A stretch of DNA of 64,000 nt from an uncultured virus (IMG/VR IMGVR_UViG_3300037466_003572) (lineage: Duplodnaviria > Heunggongvirae > Uroviricota > Caudoviricetes), in IMG/VR virus record IMGVR_UViG_3300037466_003572, one strand, 5' to 3'. Under the pieces are notes generated by a model. It searched no databases, was not told the origin of the DNA, and was given only the letters and a program-made list of their open reading frames with translations. A program made the position numbers and the translations under genes. This document shows, in pieces, positions 49,168 through 58,981 of this stretch. Within the stretch, counting starts at the first letter, position 1. Every line of letters starts with the position of its first letter.

Positions 49168-49566
49168 CTAGATTCCCGTCCATTTTAATTTCTGTTCAAC
49201 AGATTCGATATTGTTTGCTTTATTGATGAGTTTAACGGCATGTTTTGGAAGGTAGTCTAATAGGTTAATATCGCCTTGTTCTTTGATGCCAGCCGCTTTG
49301 AAGTCAAAGCTACCAAGACCAACAATTGAAAAACTATTGATGCCATGTTTTTGAAGCCTGTTCGTGTCATTAAAAACAATCATCAGTGCGTTTGTGAACT
49401 CGAAAACGGCTTCATCGGGAATGATTAAATCCACGTATTGTTCGACTAGAGCGCGCTCTGCTACGTTTAAAAATCGTTGTTTTCTCGTATCATCTGCAAT
49501 CATCCAGTCATCAATATCGAGGCAATATGACGTAATATAGTTATCCGCCGATTCGATTGACATCAC
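49168..49566 (-). CDS. head-tail adaptor
   Basis: ADNY..W...K...L..A, GINSFS; synteny. Confidence 0.65.
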   Translation of the reverse strand: MMSIESADNYITSYCLDIDDWMIADDTRKQRFLNVAERALVEQYVDLIIPDEAVFEFTNALMIVFNDTNRLQKHGINSFSIVGLGSFDFKAAGIKEQGDINLLDYLPKHAVKLINKANNIESVEQKLKWTGI

Positions 49567-49584
49567 AACGCGTCACCTCTTTTA

Positions 49585-49899
49585 TTATTTTTTGTGAACC
49601 GGACAATAATCTTCACCAGGAAGTGCATCTTTTTTACACTGTTTACCTGAAGTAGTAATTGCAATACATTGTTTTGCTGGTTCTTCATGAACCTCTTCAA
49701 TTTCTTCTACCGGAACTGCTTCAGGAAGAACTTCAACAACCTCAAGCTCTTCAACAAGCTGAACATAAGTAGGACATAATGATTTTAATAGTTCGACTTC
49801 TTCGGGTTTATCCGTTTGGTAATCACCGAAATAATCAAAGCGAATGCTTAAATCATCTTTTGTTACTTTATAAAATTGACTAGACCTAAATTTAAACAC
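49585..49899 (-). CDS. hypothetical protein with C-terminal C3H zinc knuckle
   Basis: QCIAITTSGKQC...YCPVH; follows capsid terminator. Confidence 0.65.
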   Translation of the reverse strand: MFKFRSSQFYKVTKDDLSIRFDYFGDYQTDKPEEVELLKSLCPTYVQLVEELEVVEVLPEAVPVEEIEEVHEEPAKQCIAITTSGKQCKKDALPGEDYCPVHKK

Positions 49900-49977
49900 C
49901 GAATCGACCTCCTTGTGGTGGGTCTATTGACAAATAAAAAAGAAAGACGCCAGGATAATCCCAGCGTCAAACTTTTA

Positions 49978-51090
49978 TTAAGCTACAGTTGGGCTAAGGT
50001 TTTCGATGATAGCGATTTTTTCTTTCGCGTTCTTAACCTTAATACCGATTTCTCCACGAATCTGACGAGCAACGAAGTCAGCACCCGGTTGGTCAGCAGA
50101 AACGTCGTATACCGGACGTAAGCTGTGCATAGAGATGATAGACTTGTCGAATAAAGCAACTTTATTCTTAGGCATGTTAGGATCAACAACCACATAAGCA
50201 AGTCCGCCACCAACTAAGTCAGATTGGAATGCAGAGATTACATGACCAGTAGTTTGGTCTTGACGTACAGTTTGGATAGTGCTTCCTGCTAATTTAGACA
50301 ATTGACGAGCACCAGCAGTGTTAGTCAAGATTGTGTTAGCAGAACCGCCACGTTTGAAGATTTCTTCGAAAGAATCGTTAATCATCTTAGCAGAAAGTTC
50401 TCCGCCAGAAGCGTTTTCTTTGTATGAACCTTCGATTTCAGCGAAATTGAATAATCCACCAGTCATTGAAGGAGTTCCAGCTCCACCTTGGATACGACGA
50501 CCGTAAATAGCGATATCGTTTAATTCACGAGCCATTTCTTTAAGGCGTAATTCAACTTGGTAGTTAAGTTCATTTGTTACGTTATAAGTGTTAACAGCCA
50601 TTTGTGTGTTAGATACAGCAGCATAACGCTCAACGATTTGAGTGTAGTTGTACTGAGTATATCTGTCGTGACCTTCATCTTGTCCAGGTCCAGCGCCTTG
50701 AAGTTGTGGACGAGATACGATACGAATTTCAGCGCCTGATGCAAGATCAGCAGCTAAAGTTCCGTCGAATCCACGAACAACAGTGATAACGTCACCAGCA
50801 ACAGCAGTAACTTTCATATACTCTTCGCCAGCTACTAAAATAGCGTTAACGCGGAATTTAGCACCATCGCCAGCAGCAACATCTAAAGTAGTATCAGCAG
50901 CAAGTGCAGCAGCAGATAAAGTTGCGCGGTTAGAGTTTAAGTTGTCGCTCATCCACTCGTATTTAGTTTGAGTAAGTCTTTCACCGTTTAATCCGATAAG
51001 ACCTAATAGAGTAGGAGCATCTTCGATAATTAATGAAATACCAGATTCAAGTTCACGTACTTGATCTTTAAAGTCATAAGTTAATAGCAT
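49978..51090 (-). CDS. major capsid protein (DUF5309/SU10-like)
   Basis: YEW.SD.L, NYTQI, VS.T, L.YQ, MTGGL; strongly biased codons; followed by terminator. Confidence 0.85.
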   Translation of the reverse strand: MLLTYDFKDQVRELESGISLIIEDAPTLLGLIGLNGERLTQTKYEWMSDNLNSNRATLSAAALAADTTLDVAAGDGAKFRVNAILVAGEEYMKVTAVAGDVITVVRGFDGTLAADLASGAEIRIVSRPQLQGAGPGQDEGHDRYTQYNYTQIVERYAAVSNTQMAVNTYNVTNELNYQVELRLKEMARELNDIAIYGRRIQGGAGTPSMTGGLFNFAEIEGSYKENASGGELSAKMINDSFEEIFKRGGSANTILTNTAGARQLSKLAGSTIQTVRQDQTTGHVISAFQSDLVGGGLAYVVVDPNMPKNKVALFDKSIISMHSLRPVYDVSADQPGADFVARQIRGEIGIKVKNAKEKIAIIENLSPTVA

Positions 51091-51108
51091 GTGTAGTAAC
51101 CTCCATTA

Positions 51109-51840
51109 TTATTTTACTAAGTTTTTAAGTTTGTTCGAAAGCTCAATGACTTTCGCGAAATTTTTGTTTTTCTTTGCTTCTGCTAGTTCTTCTTTTAAAG
51201 TATCAACTTCGCTAGAAGATGTTCCACCAGAAGGATCGCCGACGACACGTGGTTTAGGATCCGGTTTTGCGACCAAATAAGAGCGATTGTCGACAAGTGT
51301 TTTCACAATGTCAGCAACGCCTTGTGGCTTGCCGTTTTCATCGAATTTTACCGCGGATAAATCCTCACCGGCAAGTTTGATCGCATCATCGATGTATGCA
51401 ATATTTTCTTGCGTTGCGAGTTTGATAAATTCGTTGATTACTTTTTCTCTTTTATTTTCTTCTTGTAATCTAGCAAGAAGTTTTTCGTGTTCTTCTGCTT
51501 TCGCTTTTGCTTCAGCGGCTTCAGCATTCGCACGTTCAATTTCGGACATTTGCGCCTTACGGGCTTCTTCTGCCTTTTGATCAGCTTCGGATTTGAAGTT
51601 TTTAAGTTCATCGTAATCTTCAAATTTCTTAAGAGCACGATTTAAACGATCTTGAATAATAGCATCAAGTTGTTCTTGTGTAAACTTCGCTTCTGTTTTT
51701 GGTGCCGGAGTTGGTTCGGGATTACCGCTCCCATTTGGCGTAGGTTCCGGATTTGGCGTTGGCTCGGGAGTTCCCGCTCCGCCGTTTCCACCATCAGCTT
51801 CAAATTTAGGCATTGCATTCATCCAATACTTCATAAACAT
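51109..51840 (-). CDS. capsid scaffolding protein
   Basis: PEPTP low-complexity N-terminus, KFTQEQLDAII..RL, coiled coil; precedes MCP. Confidence 0.85.
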   Translation of the reverse strand: MFMKYWMNAMPKFEADGGNGGAGTPEPTPNPEPTPNGSGNPEPTPAPKTEAKFTQEQLDAIIQDRLNRALKKFEDYDELKNFKSEADQKAEEARKAQMSEIERANAEAAEAKAKAEEHEKLLARLQEENKREKVINEFIKLATQENIAYIDDAIKLAGEDLSAVKFDENGKPQGVADIVKTLVDNRSYLVAKPDPKPRVVGDPSGGTSSSEVDTLKEELAEAKKNKNFAKVIELSNKLKNLVK

Positions 51841-51850
51841 TAATCTTCAT

Positions 51851-51916
51851 CCTCCTCAGTTTTACGTCCCGGTAGACGAGTAAGGTTTCCATGCGTTTTA
51901 CGTCCGCAAGTACGAC
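51851..51916 (-). ncRNA. tandem pseudoknot-like cis element in scaffold leader
   Basis: two copies of GGACGTAAAAC, each closing a CGT/ACG stem whose loop can pair downstream. Confidence 0.5.
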
Positions 51917-52006
51917 CAAAAATAAGAAAAACCGCAAAAAGCGGTAAATAAACTTATCGTTCTATTGTGTAACTTTTGTAGGCTTTTTCAACGACTTTTT
52001 TAAAAA

Positions 52007-52177
52007 TTACACATCATAACCAGCGTTTTGTACAAATTTTTCAACCGTTTTACTGTTTCGTGATCCACTGGATAATGCCGTATCACCAAGTTCCCCTTGT
52101 TTACGTGCTTTCTTTAGTTCAGAATCACTTAAAAATTCTGTGCCACGAATTGGGAGAACGCGGTGCCTGCAATTTGG
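52007..52177 (-). CDS. minor capsid protein, exon 2
   Basis: PNCRHRVLPIRG...GYDV stop; restores HPNCRH with exon 1. Confidence 0.85.
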   Translation of the reverse strand, partial: PNCRHRVLPIRGTEFLSDSELKKARKQGELGDTALSSGSRNSKTVEKFVQNAGYDV

Positions 52178-52651
52178 CTAAAATCTATCAATTTACTATT
52201 TTGATAGCACGGACTATATCACACTCTACTTGAGAGTTTGTGCGCTTCGAATTGGTACCAATCTCCAACCCTACTCTACTAAAAAAGACAACCATTAGGT
52301 TGTCAGTTTGTTCGATAGTCTCTACACTTCTTTATATTTCCAAATAAATCCGCCAGCAGTTTTGCGTTTTGGGAGACCGTTGCACACTTTATCAATCGGA
52401 ATATTTTTTCCAAAGACTCTTTGTGCTTCACGCATCGACGGATATTCTGCTATAAAATTTCCTTCCTTATCGAACTGAAGTACAGGTTTACTCATAGACG
52501 GGTTATTTTTATTAATGCAGACATTTGGAATAAAAAAGCACGGGATTGTCCATTTTTAAGAGGATTTCCCCGTTAGCAGCATAAAGCCACACCCTTTGGT
52601 AAGGTTCACACAATTATTCGATTAGGTTCGCACCTAAAAGCCACCCATTTG
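52178..52651 (-). mobile_element. group I intron (474 nt)
   Basis: exon-1 ends in U, intron ends in G; P1 CCAU/GUGG; P AACGGGGAAA, Q AATCCCGTGC, R GTAGAGACTA, S GATATAGTCC. Confidence 0.9.
52322..52495 (-). pseudogene. intron-encoded homing endonuclease remnant (NUMOD1-like domain only)
   Basis: MSKPVLQFDKEGNFIAEYPSMREAQR...KTAGGFIWKY; no nuclease domain or SD. Confidence 0.75.
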
Positions 52652-53434
52652 ATGGAAAATTTGCCCGCTATTTTTAAGTTCTTGAACGCTTGGGTACGGA
52701 GCATCGATAGAATCATCGAGTTTTACAATTCGACCCTGATGAAAACGACATGCATCTTTTGTGTTTGGTGCAAGTGTTATTTGACCGAGTGTATATCCGC
52801 GATTAATTCCTTCGTTTATACTTGCATCGTTTTGCGCATTCATTAAAGAAGTGTTAGCGATCATATTAATATACTGATCCATTTTCCAATTTCTTCCCAT
52901 CGAATCCGTAATCACATTATCCACTTTATCGCCGTAAAGTGCCTTTAATTGCGTTTTTGTATTTTTTGCGGAATCTAATCCATCTTGACGTTTTTCAAGG
53001 GTCTGTTTTCGCATATTTTCAGATAATATTTCGCGAACAGATTGACGAGCTCGTTTTTGAATATTATCGCCAACGTTATCAAGATTGTTTTGAAGTTCTT
53101 CGATGGCAGCATTAATTAGCGCTTTATTAGATATATTAATAGAAATTTTCGCATCCGGAATATCAATATCCAAATTATCTAGCGCATAAGAAACGCCGTT
53201 AGTGACAGAAATTTTAATCATACGGTCTGCCCAGGAGTGATTAAAAGATTTAATATCTTTTGTTTTACTCTCGATTTCTTTTAATATTTTATCGGTATCT
53301 TTTTTTGAAATACTGCCAGATTGCTGTTTTTGTTTAAGGAGAAGAAGCAGCAAAATAACTGCTTCAACGTAATGGTTATTCTCATCAGCAAGCGCAGTAA
53401 TTTCGTCATCATAATTCATCGTATCTTGATTCAC
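52652..53434 (-). CDS. minor capsid protein, exon 1
   Basis: DSMGRNW, DACRFHQG, YPSV.EL...QIFH; between portal and scaffold. Confidence 0.85.
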
Positions 53435-53437
53435 TTA

Positions 53438-54991
53438 TTACGCCCCCTGGTTATTGAATATAGTAGAATCAACCGTCCCAGTTTGTGAGATCTCATCTTC
53501 ACGGATTTTCTTCGCCATATCTTCAGCGGTAACATCATCAAGTCCATCAAGTGTCTTAAGTGCGGATACCTTATCGATAAGTCCGTTTTGATAACGAAGA
53601 ACCGTATTTTCAACAACTTCTTTATCATTACGAGGAATACCGGTAGATAACTGAATTCTTGGGCGAACAGGTGTATAGGCAATAAAACCTTTAACATAGC
53701 CATTATCCGTTTTGTTTACTTCGTTTTCTAAAACTTGTGCATAATAGAACGCATCTCCTAAAACTTCAACGAGGCTAGAGTTAAGACGGTCAAGTAGCGC
53801 CGATACCGGAGCATAGCGAAGTTTAGTAGTTGAAGAGTCGGTATGAGACGTACCACCACCGGAAACATTCGCATTTGTAATGCTGGAACCGAATAACCAA
53901 CTAGGAAGCTGCGCCATTAAAAAGACGTTATTTAAAAGCATGTCAAGCTCCTGGAAGTTATACTGCAGGTGTGGTTCCCATGTGACATATTTTAAGTCCG
54001 GATCTTCGTTTGAACGTTCCATATAAGCACCACTTAAATTAAGAAGTGCAGAATTGCCTTCAATATGCGGACCCACCAAAATTGGATCTGAGTGTTTGTG
54101 GAGTATCCAATCGATAGCTGTTAAACGGTCTGCGATCGCAACCAAATATTCAGCAATCTTTTCAATAGCACCGGTTCCTCTCCAATCAAGATCGGTTTGC
54201 TTATATGGGAAGTGGAATACAAGCGGTTTTTCAACGCCAGTATAAACTAGATTTTCCTCGCGTCCTGTACCTACTTCGTCGCCAATTGTATAAACCGGAA
54301 CAGAAACGTCATAATATAGATCGTTTACATAATCGAGCTTAAGTTCATAACGTTTGTACTGAACATAAAACGGAATATGACGCTCAACAACAAGATACGG
54401 AATTTCATCTTTTCCGATTTGTACCCACTCGATATTTGCAATATTAACCGCTTTGAAATCTTTTTTAGAACCTTTAGCAAGTTCCGGGAATACCATTTCA
54501 GGACTAAGTGACTGCATCACAATCTCCGGTTTCACCGTATCAGGAATCATCGGTTCAATTCCGAGTGAACGTTGCATCTTAAATAGTTCCGTAAAATCCT
54601 GGCGATAGTTAAAGTAAACTTTTAAAAAGCTATCACCGTGAATCGCACCAGTTACCGTCATTCTGAAAATTAAATTACGAATATTATTCGCTTTTTCAAT
54701 GCGGTCAACCGCTTTTTGCTCCTCTGTATTCACGTCTTTACCGGAATCGATAATCGGTGGTTCGGAAAGTAGCAATTCAGACGGTTTCGTGCAGATAACA
54801 TCCGCTAAATTACAACCTAAATATAGTTTACTAATTTGATCGCGTTGCGGACGATCCTTTAAGAAATCCTGCAGACGATTATATATATCATCTTGTTTTG
54901 CTTCGTAAAATGCCTCCATCGCTTTATAAAGCGCAAGTCTTTCTACTTCTTCTACTGGCGGAAACTGCGCGCCGGTTTCAAATAAAGCCAT
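53438..54991 (-). CDS. portal protein (SPP1 gp6-like)
   Basis: 517 aa after terminase genes; IDWILHKHSDP, YVTWE, IPRN. Confidence 0.85.
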   Translation of the reverse strand: MALFETGAQFPPVEEVERLALYKAMEAFYEAKQDDIYNRLQDFLKDRPQRDQISKLYLGCNLADVICTKPSELLLSEPPIIDSGKDVNTEEQKAVDRIEKANNIRNLIFRMTVTGAIHGDSFLKVYFNYRQDFTELFKMQRSLGIEPMIPDTVKPEIVMQSLSPEMVFPELAKGSKKDFKAVNIANIEWVQIGKDEIPYLVVERHIPFYVQYKRYELKLDYVNDLYYDVSVPVYTIGDEVGTGREENLVYTGVEKPLVFHFPYKQTDLDWRGTGAIEKIAEYLVAIADRLTAIDWILHKHSDPILVGPHIEGNSALLNLSGAYMERSNEDPDLKYVTWEPHLQYNFQELDMLLNNVFLMAQLPSWLFGSSITNANVSGGGTSHTDSSTTKLRYAPVSALLDRLNSSLVEVLGDAFYYAQVLENEVNKTDNGYVKGFIAYTPVRPRIQLSTGIPRNDKEVVENTVLRYQNGLIDKVSALKTLDGLDDVTAEDMAKKIREDEISQTGTVDSTIFNNQGA

Positions 54992-55009
54992 CGTTCATAC
55001 CTCCTAGGG

Positions 55010-55447
55010 TTATTCTTCGTCATCTTCAACTAATTTTTCAAGTTCAGCAATCTCTTGTTCCATTTCTTCATTCGATTTAGTACCATTGCCGATATTAACA
55101 TTAAGATTTTTATCTTCTTTTAATAGACCGCGATATTTAAAATATAATTCAATTCCTTTGAATGATTTATGAGAACGAAGGGCATCTTTAAAGATCGCCA
55201 TTACTTCTGTTTCAAAGTTATTCATAATATCGCGGGTAATCATTGCTTTGTACTCAATAAAATCAGACTCTTGTTGATAACGCCACAGTTGCATGCGTGA
55301 AACACCAACTTCATCTGCAATTTGTTGCTGCGTCCAGCCGAAATATTCCGTATCTTCATCGGCAAGTTGTGACTGAACAAGAAGCCATGCAGCTTTTTGT
55401 TTTTTCGGGCTGAGTGAAGCCTCAAGTTCTTTACGAGATTTAGCCAT
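55010..55447 (-). CDS. HTH protein, probable terminase small subunit
   Basis: GGAGG SD before ATG 55447; TQQQIADEVGVSRMQLWRY; between TerL and portal. Confidence 0.65.
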   Translation of the reverse strand: MAKSRKELEASLSPKKQKAAWLLVQSQLADEDTEYFGWTQQQIADEVGVSRMQLWRYQQESDFIEYKAMITRDIMNNFETEVMAIFKDALRSHKSFKGIELYFKYRGLLKEDKNLNVNIGNGTKSNEEMEQEIAELEKLVEDDEE

Positions 55448-55552
55448 TTTTACTCCTCCGTAAATTAAATTAAAATAAAAAAGAACCGCTCCTGCGCATC
55501 GAACGGTTAATTTCTCAACAAATCCCACCTGCCACCCACCGATTACGGTATT

Positions 55553-57337
55553 TTACATCCAATCGTATTTCACATGAATCTTTGCTTTTGATTTTTTAAA
55601 TCCCATCATGGCAGTAGACAAGCTATCCGGACCATCATCATGAGAGTTTGTGCCGTATTCTTCGTATTGTTTGAGCAATAACGTATGATTACGATTAAAA
55701 AGGAGTGTTCCTTCTTCGATATCTTTTAGAGCGGATTCAATACGGATCTCTTTGCGGGAACGCTGGTGAACGTCTTTTACGCGTGTATATGCCGGATATC
55801 CAGCCGCTTGAAGCGCTTTTTTAAGTTGCTGCGTGAAGAACTCCTGTGCCATTTGGCTTTCAGCAAGTATTGTATCCGGTTGCCAATGAAGCGCAAGATT
55901 CACAATATCGCTCATAAATATATCAGGACTCACACGTTTTAAATAACTATCAGCAACGTAAACAAGCCCGCTAGTTTTATGCTTGGCGAGCACCGTTACT
56001 GCACTGTAATCTCCTTTTGTGAGCGATTTCCCCATCGCGAAGTCAGTTCCAAAAACAATTTGGTATTTACCATTCAGAAAATCAAAATCTTGTGGATTAT
56101 AATAATGAAAATTTTCTTCTGGTCTAAAAATTGCCGTTTCACTGTCAATAGCAGTATTTTGAAACTCGGTTGCAAATGCCCGGGAACCGATTGATGCTTT
56201 TTCCATGAAAAGTTTATGCAGTGGAAATCGACTTGCCCACAAAACTTTTGCGCCGGCATTCATTTCTTCTTTATGCGCTCTATAAAAATCCATAGCTGCA
56301 CGTTCGTTTGGAGATGGCATCGCAACAGTTGCGGTTTCATACGCTTCGATCTCATCTTCGGTTGGCTCATACTTTTTAAATATTTCCGTAAACTCGTCCC
56401 ATAAATCCATTCGCTCTGGAAACTCGATGATCGCCGGGAACTTATTTCGGATAAAGTCTGTACGCTCTGTTAAAACGTAATTAAGCAGTGAATCCGGGTG
56501 AGTCATCGTACCCATGAAAACGGTAGCAGCCGATGTGACATCTCTCGCCGGATACATTTCAGCGTTAAACCAATTTTTGTTCTTTTTACGTAATTCCGCT
56601 GTATTATTTGCCTCGATAGATTCCAAGTCATCTAAAAGTAGCAAATCCGGACGCTGCGAACCATTTCTGATACCACGAATCTGTTTTCCGAGAGATGAAC
56701 AAGCCAGCATTGCTTCGGTAAATGTCACAAACTGGTCAACTGCATCCTTTTTATTTTTATTTTGATCAGGAGATAAAATCTCACCAAAATCATCACGAAG
56801 TTTCAAATTATATTTTAATTGGTTCGCAATCCACTTTAAGAATTTAATCGAACCGGGCAACGTTTCAGATATGATCAATATCATTTTACGTTTTCTAAAA
56901 ACGAGCTCACGTGTTGGAAACGCGTTGCTGAGATAAGCAGATTTCGCATGACCACGACTGGCGCTCCAGCATACGTTTGCCGTTTTATTATAGTTTGATA
57001 TACTGTCCAAGATATTACATATCTTCTGGTGAAACTCCGGTGCATCCGAAATATCAACGTCAGATGTCGGAACCAGGTTATCAGGATTTCCAGGATTCCG
57101 CGCTTCTGAAAAATACTCGTAGAAAAAATACAGCATATCGACTTCTGCACGATGTACACGATTTAATTTCTCTAATTCCGCTTTATCACGTTCCATCATT
57201 TCATAATGATAAGGAGTCGCTTTTCCGGACTTTATTACAACAAGCAATGTTTTTAATTTCTTCTTAACGATTTTAATACGTTCTTCTCGTTCTGTTCGAT
57301 CCAGGAATTTCCCATCGATAAAAGCCAAAATCATCAT
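55553..57337 (-). CDS. terL: terminase large subunit
   Basis: SRGHAKS Walker A, RPDLLLLDDLE Walker B, MGT, GTDFA, GDYSA, HDDGPD. Confidence 0.93.
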   Translation of the reverse strand: MMILAFIDGKFLDRTEREERIKIVKKKLKTLLVVIKSGKATPYHYEMMERDKAELEKLNRVHRAEVDMLYFFYEYFSEARNPGNPDNLVPTSDVDISDAPEFHQKICNILDSISNYNKTANVCWSASRGHAKSAYLSNAFPTRELVFRKRKMILIISETLPGSIKFLKWIANQLKYNLKLRDDFGEILSPDQNKNKKDAVDQFVTFTEAMLACSSLGKQIRGIRNGSQRPDLLLLDDLESIEANNTAELRKKNKNWFNAEMYPARDVTSAATVFMGTMTHPDSLLNYVLTERTDFIRNKFPAIIEFPERMDLWDEFTEIFKKYEPTEDEIEAYETATVAMPSPNERAAMDFYRAHKEEMNAGAKVLWASRFPLHKLFMEKASIGSRAFATEFQNTAIDSETAIFRPEENFHYYNPQDFDFLNGKYQIVFGTDFAMGKSLTKGDYSAVTVLAKHKTSGLVYVADSYLKRVSPDIFMSDIVNLALHWQPDTILAESQMAQEFFTQQLKKALQAAGYPAYTRVKDVHQRSRKEIRIESALKDIEEGTLLFNRNHTLLLKQYEEYGTNSHDDGPDSLSTAMMGFKKSKAKIHVKYDWM

Positions 57338-57462
57338 CCTCCTCGGTTGATCTAATCACCCCAAAATTTTTTATTTTTTTAACAAAAACTTTATTTTCGA
57401 GTTATACTTAATATATAAGAAGATGTATAACTCATAAAAATATAAAATTGGAGGTGATATGT

Positions 57463-58191
57463 ATGAGTTTAACTATGAATGAAATTAAAGAATTAATCGC
57501 TATGGGATTTACACCGGAGCAAATTGCCGCAATGAACGGTGAAAATAAAACTAAAAAAGAACGTAAAGTAAAAAACTTACGTCCAGAAGATAAACAACGT
57601 GAAGGTCAACAGGAAACAAGAGCACTACTTAAAGAAGAAGTAGATTTATTCTTTTCAAAATTAAAAACAGATCAACAACGTTTACTATTTAAAGTAATTA
57701 TCAATATGGCACTAAGAGTAAGCGATGCAATCGATCTTAAAGTAGATCAAATTAGAGGTAAAAACATCGCAAAAGTATACATAAAAAAGCAAAAGTTTAC
57801 TAAAAAAATAAAAATAAACGATGCATTAAAAGAAGCTATCGAACTTTATATTCCAAAAGATGCAAAGGACGATGATTACTTATTTCCATCTCCCGAGAAA
57901 AAAGTTAAAAAGTTTTCAACAGGTAAATACAAGAAAAAAGGTCACATCACCAGAATGACAGCATACAACTGGATGACAAAAGCAGCAAAAGCAGCTGGAC
58001 TTACATTCGATGAAGAATCGATTGCTTGCCATGGTATTCGTAAATACTTCGGTACAGTTGCCAACGAAATGGGAATGACAATTGCAGAAATCCAAGCAGC
58101 ATACGCTCATAAAAGCGCTAGCACAACGATTAGATATCTTGGAATCGATGACAAGAAAGTTAACGCAATGTACGACAGCATCCAAGGATAA
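57463..58191 (+). CDS. tyrosine recombinase, essentially catalytic domain only
   Basis: LRVSD (R), HGIRK (HxxR), AHKS..TT.RY (H,Y); GGAGGTG SD. Confidence 0.88.
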   Translation: MSLTMNEIKELIAMGFTPEQIAAMNGENKTKKERKVKNLRPEDKQREGQQETRALLKEEVDLFFSKLKTDQQRLLFKVIINMALRVSDAIDLKVDQIRGKNIAKVYIKKQKFTKKIKINDALKEAIELYIPKDAKDDDYLFPSPEKKVKKFSTGKYKKKGHITRMTAYNWMTKAAKAAGLTFDEESIACHGIRKYFGTVANEMGMTIAEIQAAYAHKSASTTIRYLGIDDKKVNAMYDSIQG

Positions 58192-58194
58192 ACC

Positions 58195-58220
58195 GAACGG
58201 GGAAAACCCCGTTCTTTTTT
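58195..58220. terminator. intrinsic terminator after recombinase
   Basis: GAACGGGG-AAAA-CCCCGTTC-T6. Confidence 0.8.
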
Positions 58221-58357
58221 ATTTCTTAAGTTCAAGCAACACTTTAATTTCGTTTAACACTTCTTGTATTTCATCGAAAACTTTATAATCGGCTTGTTTT
58301 AGTTTAATCAGCGCTTCTAAATAAGAAAGTAGCGCGTCTAATCGTTCTCTATCCATT

Positions 58358-58966
58358 CTAGTCCCTCCTCGTCAGTTTCTCGTAGCATGCTTTGATTACA
58401 TAAGCGTCCCAAAGTGCGTTGTGCTTCGCAACGAAATCGGGATTAATCAAATTTCCTTCGGTTGAAATATATCCATCCGCGAAATCCTCGCGGTTTACAT
58501 CCGGATCAATATTTTTTGCGTACATCAATGTGCAAATATCAAACGGGATATAAAATACATTTTTAGGTACATCAAACGCGTGTCCAAAAAGATCGCAAAA
58601 CAATACCCAGTCAAACGATAAGCAATCGCTCCACATTTCGATTTGATCGAATTGACTAAGCCATTCCGCGAGCTCGTCAGCTATTTCCAGCGTTGATCCA
58701 CGCATTTCAATATTCCATTGATTTGTCAGGCGAATTTCCGCTTGATGACGTGATCGAACATAATATTCATTTTCGTCGTCTAGTGGTGCTTCAAATAACA
58801 AATTTTTCAATACGTTTTCATCAATCCATTCATCAATCTGACTTTCGTCGTAGTCGTTTGCCTCCGCATAAAATCTTCGTCCATCTTCAGAAACAATTCC
58901 GATTGATATCAGCGTTGTATCTTTGTGAAAACCGGAAAATTCAGTATCAAAAAACAATTTCATCAT
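58358..58966 (-). CDS. DEDDh 3'-5' exoribonuclease (RNase AS/DUF5051-like)
   Basis: FFDTEF, LISIG, FDWV, HNALWDA. Confidence 0.85.
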   Translation of the reverse strand: MMKLFFDTEFSGFHKDTTLISIGIVSEDGRRFYAEANDYDESQIDEWIDENVLKNLLFEAPLDDENEYYVRSRHQAEIRLTNQWNIEMRGSTLEIADELAEWLSQFDQIEMWSDCLSFDWVLFCDLFGHAFDVPKNVFYIPFDICTLMYAKNIDPDVNREDFADGYISTEGNLINPDFVAKHNALWDAYVIKACYEKLTRRD

Positions 58967-58981
58967 CGTTCATCTCCCTGT

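Noticed and set aside
52634..53434. 266-aa ORF as a complete minor capsid gene
   Set aside because: The last five codons are intron sequence; the true C-terminus is in exon 2.
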